DNA of 64,000 nt from an uncultured Bacillota bacterium. GTDB lineage: Bacteria > Bacillota > DTU025 > MWDF01. Numbering within the stretch: position 1 is the stretch's first letter; every line of letters begins with the position of its first letter. The stretch covers positions 384,001 to 448,000 of the forward strand of contig CAWGMK010000010.1 of NCBI GenBank assembly GCA_963823655.1, read 5' to 3'. This document shows, in pieces, positions 11,201 to 20,966 of this stretch. The translations under genes and the position numbers were made by a program. The notes beneath the pieces are model-generated. The model had not been told where the DNA came from and did no database searches. It saw only the letters and a list, made by a program, of their open reading frames with translations.

Positions 11201-11523
11201 ATAACGGCATTGTAATGGTGGATTTCATACTACAGATGAAATCCAAGGGATTTACTACAGACGAGGCAATAGTAGTCGCCGGCCGCTCAAGGTTAAGGCC
11301 GATTCTGATGACGGCCCTGACTACAATACTCGGGTTGATCCCGATAGCTTTGTCTACCGGAAAGGGTTCCGAAATCAGCAAGGGAATGGCATTGGCGGTA
11401 ATTGGCGGCCTTACGGTGGCCACTTACCTAACACTTGTGGTAGTGCCTGTTGTGTTCAAGCTCTTCGACGAGCTGAAAAACTGGATCTCCAGGCGCAAGG
11501 AGGTAAAAACGAATGAAGCTTAG
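8247..11523 (+). CDS. RND family (AcrB-like) transporter permease, about 1090 aa, four apparent +1 indels near 9277, 9810, 9914 and 10518
   Basis: SLKRPV, E.LPNLDFP, GMLVDNSIVVLE (TM4), EFLPKMDMG, MAVQFES, GVVVNNGIVMVD, RLRPILMT across consecutive overlapping ORFs. Confidence 0.88.
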
Positions 11524-12571
11524 GATAGCGGTAATAGTTCTCTCTGCAATGGTTGCCTTCGCTGCTCTGCCGGGCTTGGCTGTTGCTGCCGGGGAGCCTT
11601 TCAGCCTGAAACTGCAGGAGGGCGGGTCCGTCGCGTTCATAAGGCTGAACACCGGCCTCGACGATGCAGACAAGCTTTACCTTGACCTCGATTGGACGGG
11701 GCTTGCCATCTCCATGGACCTCATGGGCGCATACCTAAGGCTAGGGGCGGCCGTGGATATCTGGGAAAAGGACGAAACTGCATCCAGCATCGGAGTAACA
11801 GCTGGTCTGGGCATCGAATGGACCGAGATCATAAGCCTTGTCGCGGTAGTGGAAACATCGGGCAACGCTTATTTCCAGAAGACGGAGGACGGCATCAGCG
11901 GGGCTTTGACGGCCCGCTTTGCGGCTAACACAGCCAAATTGGCGGTCGAGCTGAATGCAGGGGCAATATGGCCTGATTTCGATGCGTATCCGGCCAAGAT
12001 GCTCGGACAGCAGATATGGTCAGGCAAGGTCCTACAGATGGATCCTGGTCAGGGATGGCTCGACCTGGGGCTCGTATTCTTAAGCTCTAAAGGGCGCAAG
12101 GATGCGATCAAGCTGTCCTACTCGAGGGACATCGAAGAGGCGCTCAACAGGTTCGATGTCGGCTACAGCACAAGTTTCACGCCTGAAGGAACAGGTTTCA
12201 CGATGGGACTGTACACAGGCTTGGGCTTCGGGCAGCTGATACCCATACTTACAAGCGAGTTCTATGCGCAGTACGACATTACCGACAATATCGGCATGAT
12301 GGCAGCCATCGGGGCCCAGGGAGGGCTCTATCCGATGGCATGGTTCAGGGGAAAGGCTTGGGCGGAAATTGATGAGACAGCGATCATTGAGCTTGAGGGG
12401 AAGACCCCGATAATCGTCATCGACCCGCTAGCATCAAGGCTGTACCTAGAGGATCTTTCCAGGGAGATTAGCCTTGGAGTAACGTTCCCCAGGGCGCTGA
12501 TGAGCAAGGTTCTGCTTACCTATGATTTCAACGATGAGCAGTTCAGCCTTGAGTACTCGCTTAAGTTCTAA
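11513..12571 (+). CDS. hypothetical secreted protein, putative outer-membrane beta-barrel
   Basis: N-terminal signal peptide, many alternating amphipathic segments, C-terminal FSLEYSLKF resembling a beta-signal; start overlaps the RND stop. Confidence 0.5.
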   Translation: MKLRIAVIVLSAMVAFAALPGLAVAAGEPFSLKLQEGGSVAFIRLNTGLDDADKLYLDLDWTGLAISMDLMGAYLRLGAAVDIWEKDETASSIGVTAGLGIEWTEIISLVAVVETSGNAYFQKTEDGISGALTARFAANTAKLAVELNAGAIWPDFDAYPAKMLGQQIWSGKVLQMDPGQGWLDLGLVFLSSKGRKDAIKLSYSRDIEEALNRFDVGYSTSFTPEGTGFTMGLYTGLGFGQLIPILTSEFYAQYDITDNIGMMAAIGAQGGLYPMAWFRGKAWAEIDETAIIELEGKTPIIVIDPLASRLYLEDLSREISLGVTFPRALMSKVLLTYDFNDEQFSLEYSLKF

Positions 12572-12585
12572 TCCCGGAGGTTAGC

Positions 12586-14079
12586 ATGTCGGAAATGCCA
12601 ATACCAGAAGGTCCGGCCGAAATCGAAGCCGCGGCCTCGCCCGAAGAGGCCGCCAGGCCGGAGGGCGAGGCCTTTAAACATGTAAGGGCCGAAGCCAAGG
12701 CCAAATCGGTCATCCTCGACAAGGAGACCATAGAATTCGTCGAGGGGCACCCGGGGCGGTTGAAACCGCTCATCATGCGCCTTGCGCTACCTGCCATCGC
12801 TGAGAACATATTGGCGATGGCTACTCAAATGGCCGACATGATAATGGTCGGCAGGCTAGGGGCTAGCGCGATCGCATCGGTCGGGCTCAGCAACCAGCCT
12901 CTTTTCTTCATTCAGGGGCTTTTCATGGGGCTGGGAGTCGGCACCACTGCCATAGTGGCGAGGCTGTACGGGGCCGGAAGGCGTCGTGAGGCCAACCATG
13001 TAGCCCAGCAGTCCCTTCTTTTCGCATTCCTCTTCTCGGCCCTGGTCTGCAGCATTTGGTACGCCTTTGTCCCGCAGATAGTGGAGTTCATGGGTGCCCA
13101 GCCGGACGTGCTTAAGCTCGGCATCGGCTATATGAGGATCATAGTGCCAGGGTTGTTCCTGTTGACCTTGAACATCACCATGTCATCGGCTTTGAGAGGT
13201 GCCGGGGATACCAGATCGCCGATGATTGCCAACACCATAATCAACCTGATAAATATCGTGGGCAACTACGCCCTTATATTCGGACATTTCGGGATGCCGG
13301 CCCTCGGCGTTAACGGGGCTGCGATCTCAACCTCTGTTTCCAGAGGAATCGGCACTCTCATCCTCTTCTACATAATGGTGGCCGGTAAAGGGGTGGTTGA
13401 GCTAAGCCTTGCCGACGGGATCAAGCTTGATACAGGCACTATAAAAAGGGTGCTTAAGGTCGGGCTTCCGACCGCTGCAGAAAGAGTGAGCCTGAGCCTG
13501 GGTATGACCTTCTATACAAGGATTGTGGCATCTCTGGGCACAGTTACATATGCTGCGCACCAGATAGCCCTAAATGCCGAGCAGATATCCTATATGCCGG
13601 GCTTCGGCTTTGCTACCGCTGCCACCGCACTTGTGGGCCAGGCTTTGGGGGCGGGCAGCAAAAAGATGGCAGAGCGCTCAGGATGGACAGCCTGGAAGAT
13701 GAGCGCCTGGCTTGCCGGAATCATGGGCATTGTGCTGCTCATATGGCCAGAGTATCTGATGAGGCTTTATGTGAGCGACCCTGAGATCATAAAAATCGGC
13801 GCGCTTTGCCTGAGGATAATGGCATTCGCCCAGATCCCGATGTCCGCAGGATTTACCATAGTAGGCGCACTTCGCGGCGCAGGCGACACCAAGGCTGTGC
13901 TTTACTTGACCATATTCAGCGTATGGGTAGTAAGGCTGACCGGAACCTGGTTTGCAGTCAAGGTCCTCGGCCTGGGGTTAGTCGGAGCGTGGCTGGTGAT
14001 GGCGCTGGATTGGTTCACAAGGGCAACGGTATTCATCATCAGGTGGAAGGCGGGCCATTGGAAGGAAAGAAAGGTATAG
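12586..14079 (+). CDS. MATE family (MOP superfamily) transporter
   Basis: LALPA, DMIMVGRLG, LRGAGDTRSP and LRGAGDTK repeats, GVNGAAIST; about 12 TM segments. Confidence 0.92.
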   Translation: MSEMPIPEGPAEIEAAASPEEAARPEGEAFKHVRAEAKAKSVILDKETIEFVEGHPGRLKPLIMRLALPAIAENILAMATQMADMIMVGRLGASAIASVGLSNQPLFFIQGLFMGLGVGTTAIVARLYGAGRRREANHVAQQSLLFAFLFSALVCSIWYAFVPQIVEFMGAQPDVLKLGIGYMRIIVPGLFLLTLNITMSSALRGAGDTRSPMIANTIINLINIVGNYALIFGHFGMPALGVNGAAISTSVSRGIGTLILFYIMVAGKGVVELSLADGIKLDTGTIKRVLKVGLPTAAERVSLSLGMTFYTRIVASLGTVTYAAHQIALNAEQISYMPGFGFATAATALVGQALGAGSKKMAERSGWTAWKMSAWLAGIMGIVLLIWPEYLMRLYVSDPEIIKIGALCLRIMAFAQIPMSAGFTIVGALRGAGDTKAVLYLTIFSVWVVRLTGTWFAVKVLGLGLVGAWLVMALDWFTRATVFIIRWKAGHWKERKV

Positions 14080-14123
14080 TACGGCGAACAAGCTTTCCAT
14101 AAGATAGTATGTCCATATGCATT

Positions 14124-14148
14124 AAGCAGGCCGTCATGGCCTGCTTTA
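14124..14148 (+). terminator. terminator after the MATE gene
   Basis: AAGCAGGCC-gtcat-GGCCTGCTTT. Confidence 0.6.
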
Positions 14149-14294
14149 AGATTCCTATTGGTTTTCTTCCCAATATGATATAAAATGCATCTGTGTTATA
14201 TTAAGCAAATCTTAATATTGCACTATATAGCACAAATAAGGTTATTGATAATGGATTAAGGGATAATCATAACGAGCGGAGGTAGCAAAGACCG

Positions 14295-15159
14295 ATGAAC
14301 GAAGGCTTAAAAAAGATTGGAATATTAACAGATACGATTTCCGACCTGCCGGAAAGCATCTCAAAGAAATTCGGAATAGAAGTCATACCGGTGAAAATCC
14401 ACATAGACGAGAAGACTTACCTTGATAAGGTGGAGATCACCGACGAGGAGTTCTTCAAGCTCCTTCAGGACCCGAGCATACATGCCAAGACCTCGCAACC
14501 GAGCCCCTACGACTTCCAGGTAATCTTCGAGAAGATGCTCACAAAGTACGAGACCGTTAGTCGCAATACACGCGTCTTCCGAGCTGAGCGGCACATTCCA
14601 GTCCGCTTTGATGGCAAAGGAAGCCATTGGCCAGAAGTTTTCGGACAGACTTGTGCTCATCGACACGAAACAGGCCTCGATGGGTGAGGGGATAATGGTA
14701 CTTAGGGCTGCGGAAATGGTGGCAGAAGGGGCCCTGGTCCCCGAAATCGTAAAGGAGCTGGACAGGATCTCAGGGGTAATAAAGACCAGGTTCGTGCCCG
14801 ATACGCTTACATACCTGCAAAGGGGCGGACGCATAGGAAAAGCAAGCGCGTTTCTTGGCAACATCCTGAATATAAAGCCTTTGCTGGGCGTAGATAAGGT
14901 AGTCTATCCGGTAGAGAAGATCAGAGGAAGCAAGAACGTGGTTCCCAAGCTCATTGAGCAGCTTAAGCAGAGCCTTAAGCCAACGGACAAGTTCAAGGCG
15001 TGCATACTAAGCCTTAACATGCCTGAAGACGCTGCTGCGCTGGAAAATCAGATCAATGAGGACGCAAGGGTACAGGAGATAGTCCATGCCAAAGTCGGAC
15101 CCTCTATCGGATGCCATGTCGGGCCCAAAGTGATCGGGCTGATCTGGTATACGCTGTAA
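14295..15159 (+). CDS. DegV family fatty-acid-binding protein (FakB-like), one apparent +1 indel near 14559
   Basis: ILTDTISDLP, KTSQPS, SSELSGT, DTLTYLQRGGRIG, LNIKPLL, HVGP. Confidence 0.9.
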
Positions 15160-15178
15160 AAGGAAGCATCAGTTATCC

Positions 15179-15214
15179 GGGGCTGCTTTGATGAAAAGCA
15201 GCCCCATTCTTTTT
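15179..15214 (+). terminator. intrinsic terminator after the DegV gene
   Basis: GGGGCTGCTTT-gatga-AAAGCAGCCCC followed by ATTCTTTTT. Confidence 0.75.
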
Positions 15215-15504
15215 AACATCGAGGTGTTCAAATGGCCATACGCCTTAAAGTCTTTGCTATTCATATTCTTTGGGTATTTCATGATGCCGGAAGGATTGGC
15301 CCGATATCTAAAGAAAATTAGAAAAAGGCGCATGCCGGGCGAATAGGCGAGGACGATGATTTGGTGGCCCTCAGGGCGAGCATGTTGCATATAAATGGCT
15401 GTGACGCTATGAAAAAACGCCCCTTGGGCGTCGTTTTCCTCGATATAAAACCCCTAATGGTTGAAAAAGGCGGGCAAACAGTGCTACATATCTATTAGTT
15501 AGGT

Positions 15505-15580
15505 TGGTGGCCCAGGCAGGAATTGAACCTGCGGCCAACGGTTTAGGAAACCGCTGCTCTATCCCCTGAGCTACTGGGCC
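15505..15580 (-). tRNA. tRNA-Arg(CCT)
   Basis: Reverse complement GGCCCAGTAGCTCAG...GCGGT-TT CCT AA-ACCGT...GTTCAATTCC...CTGGGCCACCA. Confidence 0.95.
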
Positions 15581-15588
15581 ACGTTTAT

Positions 15589-15664
15589 TGGCGCGCCTGG
15601 CAGGATTTGAACCTGCGACCTGCGGATTCGTAGTCCGTCACTCTATCCACTGAGCTACAGGCGC
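15589..15664 (-). tRNA. tRNA-Arg(ACG)
   Basis: Reverse complement GCGCCTGTAGCTCAG...ACGGA-CT ACG AA-TCCGC...GTTCAAATCC...GCGCGCCA. Confidence 0.95.
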
Positions 15665-15675
15665 CTGACTTTTAT

Positions 15676-15704
15676 ATATTACATCCGTGGGACGGCATAG
15701 TCAA
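15676..15704 (-). promoter_or_regulatory. sigmaA-type promoter for the tRNA-Arg pair
   Basis: Minus strand TTGACT-17 nt-TAATAT, about 11 nt before tRNA-Arg(ACG). Confidence 0.65.
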
Positions 15705-15727
15705 TAACGGCCGGTGCCGGAAAGGTT

Positions 15728-16954
15728 GTGCAGGTCATGCTGCCAAATACGGAAAAGCAGATGCGAGAGTATCTCCAGCTGCTTCTTCAGGACTCGAAAA
15801 TCCAGCGGCTTTTCAAATACATAGAAAATGACCATATAAACACGGTAAATGAGCAGTGTGACATTGCGCTTATCGAGGCGCCGCCCCTTTTCGAGGACGC
15901 GAGGGCTGCCGATATCGCCGAACGCTTTGGGGAACTAGGCTTAATTGGCGCTCGCGTAGATGAGCATAAGAACGCGGTTGCCCTGCTTCCTGGCAGCGGC
16001 AAGCATGGGGACCTGCTTATAGAAGCCCACCTCGACACGGTCTTCCCGTTCGGCACTGTCAAAGGCATCAAGATGAGCGAAGGAAGGATCGAAGCGCCGG
16101 GAATTTGCGACAACTGCAGGGGCCTTGCTGCGATTCTGTGCATTATAAGGGCGATGAACCATGCGGGCATCGCACTTAAGAAGGACGTTACTTTCGCAGG
16201 CACATCCGGGGAGGAAGGCATCGGGGATCTCAAAGGCATGAGGGGGCTCTTCGCCTTCGGCCAAAGGAAGTACGACTACTGTTTGAGCGTAGATGGGCAC
16301 GGCAAAGGAGATTTCGTCTTCGACGGCACAGGCAGCCGCAGGTATGAAGTCGTTTTCGAAACAGCCGGCGGGCACAGCTGGACTGACTTCGGCAAGCCGA
16401 GCGCAATACACGCTATGGGAAGGGCGATATCGAAGATAGCTGCCATAGGTGCCAAAGATGGCCCCAAGACCACTTATAATGTCGGGCTTATTAAAGGAGG
16501 CACTTCCGTCAACGCAATCGCCCAATCAGCGTCAATGACCGTGGATATGCGTTCGGAATCCCCGGAACACCTTGAGGAGCTGGAGAGGGCATTCATGGAA
16601 TTGGTAAATGCCGCGTGCGATGAGGAGGTCAAAGCTGCCAGCATCAAGGCCGAAGTGAAGGCGTCATTCAGAAAAGTTGGCGACAGGCCTGCGGGGCGCC
16701 AGCCTGAGGGCTCCCCCATGCCATTGGCTGCGTCCATCGGCTGCGAGCTTCTTGGAATCAAATATGAGAGGACCGGGGCATCAAGCACGAATGCGAACAT
16801 CCCCATATCCTACGGGGTGCCCAGCCTTTGTATGGGAGCAGGGGGCGATGGCGGAGGAATCCATACCGTGGAGGAGTGGTTCCTGCCCTCCGATGGTTGG
16901 AGGGCCATACAGCTATGTGCACTGCTTCTTATCGCATGTGCAGGGCTTGCCTGA
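15728..16954 (+). CDS. M20/M25/M40 family metallo-hydrolase (alternative start 15737)
   Basis: AHLDTVFP, PGICDN, GEEG, GGHSW, GGTSVNAI, STNAN, HTVEEW. Confidence 0.88.
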   Translation: MQVMLPNTEKQMREYLQLLLQDSKIQRLFKYIENDHINTVNEQCDIALIEAPPLFEDARAADIAERFGELGLIGARVDEHKNAVALLPGSGKHGDLLIEAHLDTVFPFGTVKGIKMSEGRIEAPGICDNCRGLAAILCIIRAMNHAGIALKKDVTFAGTSGEEGIGDLKGMRGLFAFGQRKYDYCLSVDGHGKGDFVFDGTGSRRYEVVFETAGGHSWTDFGKPSAIHAMGRAISKIAAIGAKDGPKTTYNVGLIKGGTSVNAIAQSASMTVDMRSESPEHLEELERAFMELVNAACDEEVKAASIKAEVKASFRKVGDRPAGRQPEGSPMPLAASIGCELLGIKYERTGASSTNANIPISYGVPSLCMGAGGDGGGIHTVEEWFLPSDGWRAIQLCALLLIACAGLA

Positions 16955-16969
16955 TTAGATAGTGAATTT

Positions 16970-17001
16970 GCGGCCGCACCAAATGGACCAGGTGCGGCCG
17001 C
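16970..17001. terminator. hairpin between convergent genes
   Basis: GCGGCCGCACC-10 nt-GGTGCGGCCGC. Confidence 0.6.
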
Positions 17002-17007
17002 CTCCTC

Positions 17008-17754
17008 TTACTTAGATATCTTACCGACAGGGGCAATATATACTGTGAATTCATCCTCGCCGTCGACACCGATCAGACGGTCCATCAGCACCTGGTCGTA
17101 CGCTGCAATTGCGCATGTGCCGAAGCCGATGGATTCTGCCGCCAGGTACATGTTCTGGCATACGTGCCCTGCATCAAGCAGCAGGATCTTGTGAGCGGTC
17201 GAAGGATAGCGCCATTCGCTCCTGTACGGGATTACAGTCCATGCGAAAGTAGCCGCGGCCTTTCCGGCGAAGGCCTGGTTCAGGCATCCTTCGGCAAGGG
17301 GCCCGGCAAGCTGGTCTGACTCTTTTATCAGCTCGAGCTTGTTTTCAAGCGGCAGATAACGGTATAGCCCCTTGTTAAGCCCGGTTACGTTAAGCGCGAA
17401 TATATAGGTTTCGAAGGCATGCCGGGATCCGGCAGAAGGCACCGTACGCCTTGTTGCCACCCCGTTCTTGAAGACTTCATGAACCCCCTGGGTAGCCCAG
17501 AGAAGCCATGAGAGCTGCTCAAGGCTCATCGGCTCGGGACCGTATTCCCTTCTGCTCTTTCTGCCTAATATGAGAGACTTCAGGTCGCTGTTGACAAGCG
17601 CTGCTGAATCCCACGCCGGAAGGTCTACCATAAGCCCTTGTGCTGGCTTCTGTAACGGCGGAGGAGGCATTCCCTGCTGCTGATCGCTTTTGACCGACCT
17701 TGCCATAAGAAAAGCGGACTTCAAGTTATTCCTTAATTCCCTTATCTGGTCCAT
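17008..17754 (-). CDS. SagB/ThcOx-like FMN-dependent dehydrogenase (nitroreductase superfamily)
   Basis: RKSRREY, LLWATQG, RTVPSAGSRH, WRY, LDAGHVCQN.YL, GTCAIAAYD. Confidence 0.85.
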   Translation of the reverse strand: MDQIRELRNNLKSAFLMARSVKSDQQQGMPPPPLQKPAQGLMVDLPAWDSAALVNSDLKSLILGRKSRREYGPEPMSLEQLSWLLWATQGVHEVFKNGVATRRTVPSAGSRHAFETYIFALNVTGLNKGLYRYLPLENKLELIKESDQLAGPLAEGCLNQAFAGKAAATFAWTVIPYRSEWRYPSTAHKILLLDAGHVCQNMYLAAESIGFGTCAIAAYDQVLMDRLIGVDGEDEFTVYIAPVGKISK

Positions 17755-17850
17755 ATTGACCCTCCGTTCCTTTGATTGGCCGGGAATAGCTGATTTGATT
17801 ATACTATCATTGTAATATATGCGCTAAATCAGGCGGGCGAGGCAAAAGCA

Positions 17851-18312
17851 ATGGAAGCGCGAGCAGGAATGCACGAAAACTATATGCGCATTGCGCTGGA
17901 TGAGGCAAAAAAGGCTCTGGAAATGGGAGAAGTCCCTGTAGGTGCCTGTATTATCCACGAAGGCCAGGTCATCGCGAAGGCCGGAAATAGGCGGGAAGCG
18001 GACAATGATCCGACCGCCCATGCTGAGATTCTCGCGATAAAGCATGCATCCGCGGCATTGGGCAAGTGGCGCCTCTCAGATTGCACGCTATATGTTAGCC
18101 TGGAACCTTGCACTATGTGCGCGGGCGCGATATTACAGGCAAGGTTGGGCTCCCTAATCTTCGGCGCTTTTGACGATAAGGCCGGCGCCTGCGGAAGCCT
18201 CTATGACATACCGAGGGATTTCCGGCTGAACCACTTCGTCGAAGTCATTCCCGGAGTCCTTGAGAAGGAATCGACCTTGCTTCTTAAGGAATTCTTCAAA
18301 CAGAAAAGATAA
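17851..18312 (+). CDS. tadA: tRNA-specific adenosine deaminase (alternative start 17869)
   Basis: EVPVGA, PTAHAE, LEPCTMC, LKEFF; syntenic position upstream of ffs-dnaX. Confidence 0.92.
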   Translation: MEARAGMHENYMRIALDEAKKALEMGEVPVGACIIHEGQVIAKAGNRREADNDPTAHAEILAIKHASAALGKWRLSDCTLYVSLEPCTMCAGAILQARLGSLIFGAFDDKAGACGSLYDIPRDFRLNHFVEVIPGVLEKESTLLLKEFFKQKR

Positions 18313-18330
18313 TCTTGCAACTTAAAGCGA

Positions 18331-18366
18331 AGGCGGAGGCCCGCGTAAGCCTCCGCCTCTTTTCAT
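18331..18366. terminator. terminator between convergent tadA and the M14 peptidase gene
   Basis: AGGCGGAGGC-8 nt-GCCTCCGCCT plus T-run. Confidence 0.7.
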
Positions 18367-18377
18367 TTTAAGTGGGT

Positions 18378-20966
18378 TTACTTGGCAGTTGCATAGAAGA
18401 TGGAGTTGAAGAACAGCTTGAAGGTGCCGTGCGGCTGTCCGCGATGCTGCGGGCGGAAGCCGATCATGATCGCGCGGCCCTTGCCATAGCTGTACTCAAG
18501 CAGATTAGCCTTACCCTGAATATACTGCGGACCCATAAGCCATCCGGACATCAGCGGATTCCTGTCAGCGGGATACGCTGCAAGAATCTTGACGCCGGGG
18601 CCTGTGACTTCGAAAGTCGGGCTCGCTACGAAGTAGGCGCCGAACTTCTCATCCATGCCGAAGGTCACGGGGCTTGTCTTATCGACAAGATCCGCCTCAA
18701 GTACTGAGCCGGGGCAGTAGAAATTGGCGCTGGTCACTCCCGTAAGGGCATTCTTGACAGGAGCGCCGAGAATCGTTGTGGCGAAGTCGAAGATGCTGTC
18801 GAACAGTATCAATGTGCCACCGGCATTGACGAACTCCTTAAGGTTGGCAAGGCCTGCATCTCCCATGCCGCCCGCGAACTCGGCAGGGTAGGTATTGGCG
18901 CTGATGCCGTTCTTAAGGCTGTTCGTGGACGTATCGGGCAGTATGATCGCGTCGAACTTGTCGATCAGTTTGCCGGCTTTTATGTCGCCATCGCGCAAGA
19001 AAGTGTAAGGAATCTCGAATTTGTCGAATATCAGCCTTGTCCATCCGGCATCGGCATTTCCGCCCCAGTTCTCGTAGATGCCGACTTTTGGATTCGAAAG
19101 GGTCGTCATCTTAACTGCGGGTGCTGCCGCTACAGGGTAGAATGTTGAGGAATACTTGGTCGCCATTTCGAAAAGCTTGGTCTCAAGGCCGGGGGCTGCC
19201 AGTACTATTGTTGTGCCCGCGGGCAGTTCGGTACCGCCCACCTTTGCGGGTTCCATCATCCACTTAAGCTTGAAACCTGCGGCAAGAAGCTTGCTGCGGA
19301 CAGTGGCGCTGTAGTTTGCCTCGGGCCTGAATGCGAAGCCGTAGCTGGCATCTCCGGATACGAACGCCCCGGAGACTCTGCTGAATGTGTTAACAAGGAC
19401 CAGTTCGGCCTCAAATTGCTTCTCGACTCTTATGCACTCCACTCCCATCTGCATGGGAAGTGTCCAACCGGCGACATCGTATGGAGCCTCAGCCGGTCCG
19501 CCCGGGTACTGCAACCTGTCGGGGTACTGCTGCTTTTCCAGCAGTGCCATGACGTTGGGCCTGTAGGGCTGAGCTGTGAGTATCACAAATGTGCCGGCGG
19601 GGTAATTCTTGCCGTCCGCAACGAATGCCTTAGCCGCCTTGTGGACTTCCACACCCTGGAAGTCAAGGACTTCGAGCATCCAGTTCAGCGTGGCGGGATC
19701 ATTGGGATCAACCGGCAGCACGAAGGCCGACGGCGATTCCGTTAGGCCTCTGTATACGGCATCTTGGCCCATCTGCACGAAGTTGCTTACGAAGTCCTCC
19801 TTAAACCTGGAAAGGCCCTTCGCGAAAGAGTAGATTACCAATTCGGGATAGGCTACTACATCCTCGAAGGTCCATAGGCCGCCCGGCCATGGCTCGGGGA
19901 ATGTCTGCACCCTGGTCTGCGCATTGGCAAGGCCCCTGGTGCTTGAGGTAAGCTTGTCGAACCCGATTGTTATCGGAGTTGCTATATTGACACTTGCGGT
20001 CTCAGTGAGGAAGCCGACCATGTTGTGATAATACGGGCCGCTCCTCATACCGCCGTGCCACCAGGTGTCGTACATGGCATTGGTGACAACGCCGGTCATC
20101 TTCTGGGCCGAAAGGTCGGTAGTCGCGATGCCGCCCAGCAGCATGATCTCCCTGAAGATGATAGAAGGTATCTCGGGATTCGGCGGATCGAAGAACGGGG
20201 GTACGAAGAGCCTTGCTCCGTTGGAGCCCATCTGGTGGATGTCATATACCACTTCAGGGAACCAATCAGTATAGAGCACCTTTCCCACGTTCCTGCTTTC
20301 GGGCAGGTTGAACATGAACCAGTCGCGGTTGTTGTCATGCCCGGTGTAGTAATGGTACAGATACGGAGGCGCTGTGCCCTCATACTTGGTTCCGAGGTAC
20401 TTGCTGTACCAATCAACGACCATGACATGTCCGTCCGGGTTCAAAGACGGCACGAACAGCATGATCACGTCGTCAAGTACTTCTTCGAGCTCCTTGTCTT
20501 CGGTGATCGCGTATGTGAATATTGCATTTAGTATCGCGTGCACGCCACCGATTTCGGTTGAGTGTATGGAGCCGCCGACCAGGTAGACGGCCTTGGCTTG
20601 AGATTCCAGGGCCTCGATTTCGGTCTGGGACAGCCCGCGGGGATCTGCCAGCTTCTTTTGTATCATCTTGTAGTATTCGAGGTTGGCTATATTCTCCTCC
20701 GAGCTGACTATCGCCATTATCTGGCGGTCGCCGAGCACCGTCGGGCCTATGTCCTGGTAGACTACCCTGGCAGATTCCTTATCCAGGAGCTGCAGGTAGG
20801 TTTTGATATCGGGCCAGGAACACAACTTGCTGCTTGTACCCGGTTTGAAACCAAAGAAATCCACCGGTGAGGTTAGGATTGGGCCTTCGGCTGATACCGT
20901 ACCGCCGATTAGGACCACAGCGATAAGCAAGACCGACAGGATTGCGAACAACCTTCTGCTTGTCAT
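18378..20966 (-). CDS. secreted M14 zinc carboxypeptidase with C-terminal class I glutamine-amidotransferase-like domain
   Basis: Signal peptide; IHSTE (HxxE), PSLNPDG, GHDNNRD, DIHQMG; C-terminal DAIILPD...FVNAGGTLI...GFRPQHR. Confidence 0.85.
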   Translation of the reverse strand: MTSRRLFAILSVLLIAVVLIGGTVSAEGPILTSPVDFFGFKPGTSSKLCSWPDIKTYLQLLDKESARVVYQDIGPTVLGDRQIMAIVSSEENIANLEYYKMIQKKLADPRGLSQTEIEALESQAKAVYLVGGSIHSTEIGGVHAILNAIFTYAITEDKELEEVLDDVIMLFVPSLNPDGHVMVVDWYSKYLGTKYEGTAPPYLYHYYTGHDNNRDWFMFNLPESRNVGKVLYTDWFPEVVYDIHQMGSNGARLFVPPFFDPPNPEIPSIIFREIMLLGGIATTDLSAQKMTGVVTNAMYDTWWHGGMRSGPYYHNMVGFLTETASVNIATPITIGFDKLTSSTRGLANAQTRVQTFPEPWPGGLWTFEDVVAYPELVIYSFAKGLSRFKEDFVSNFVQMGQDAVYRGLTESPSAFVLPVDPNDPATLNWMLEVLDFQGVEVHKAAKAFVADGKNYPAGTFVILTAQPYRPNVMALLEKQQYPDRLQYPGGPAEAPYDVAGWTLPMQMGVECIRVEKQFEAELVLVNTFSRVSGAFVSGDASYGFAFRPEANYSATVRSKLLAAGFKLKWMMEPAKVGGTELPAGTTIVLAAPGLETKLFEMATKYSSTFYPVAAAPAVKMTTLSNPKVGIYENWGGNADAGWTRLIFDKFEIPYTFLRDGDIKAGKLIDKFDAIILPDTSTNSLKNGISANTYPAEFAGGMGDAGLANLKEFVNAGGTLILFDSIFDFATTILGAPVKNALTGVTSANFYCPGSVLEADLVDKTSPVTFGMDEKFGAYFVASPTFEVTGPGVKILAAYPADRNPLMSGWLMGPQYIQGKANLLEYSYGKGRAIMIGFRPQHRGQPHGTFKLFFNSIFYATAK

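Noticed and set aside
5786-15504. Genomic island between tRNA-Ser(GCT) and the inverted tRNA-Arg pair
   Set aside because: No integrase, no duplicated tRNA 3' end seen, and codon style resembles the flanking core genes.
17008-17754. SagB/ThcOx gene as a RiPP (azole) cluster
   Set aside because: Stand-alone gene with no YcaO or precursor peptide nearby; such nitroreductase-fold proteins are common in anaerobes.
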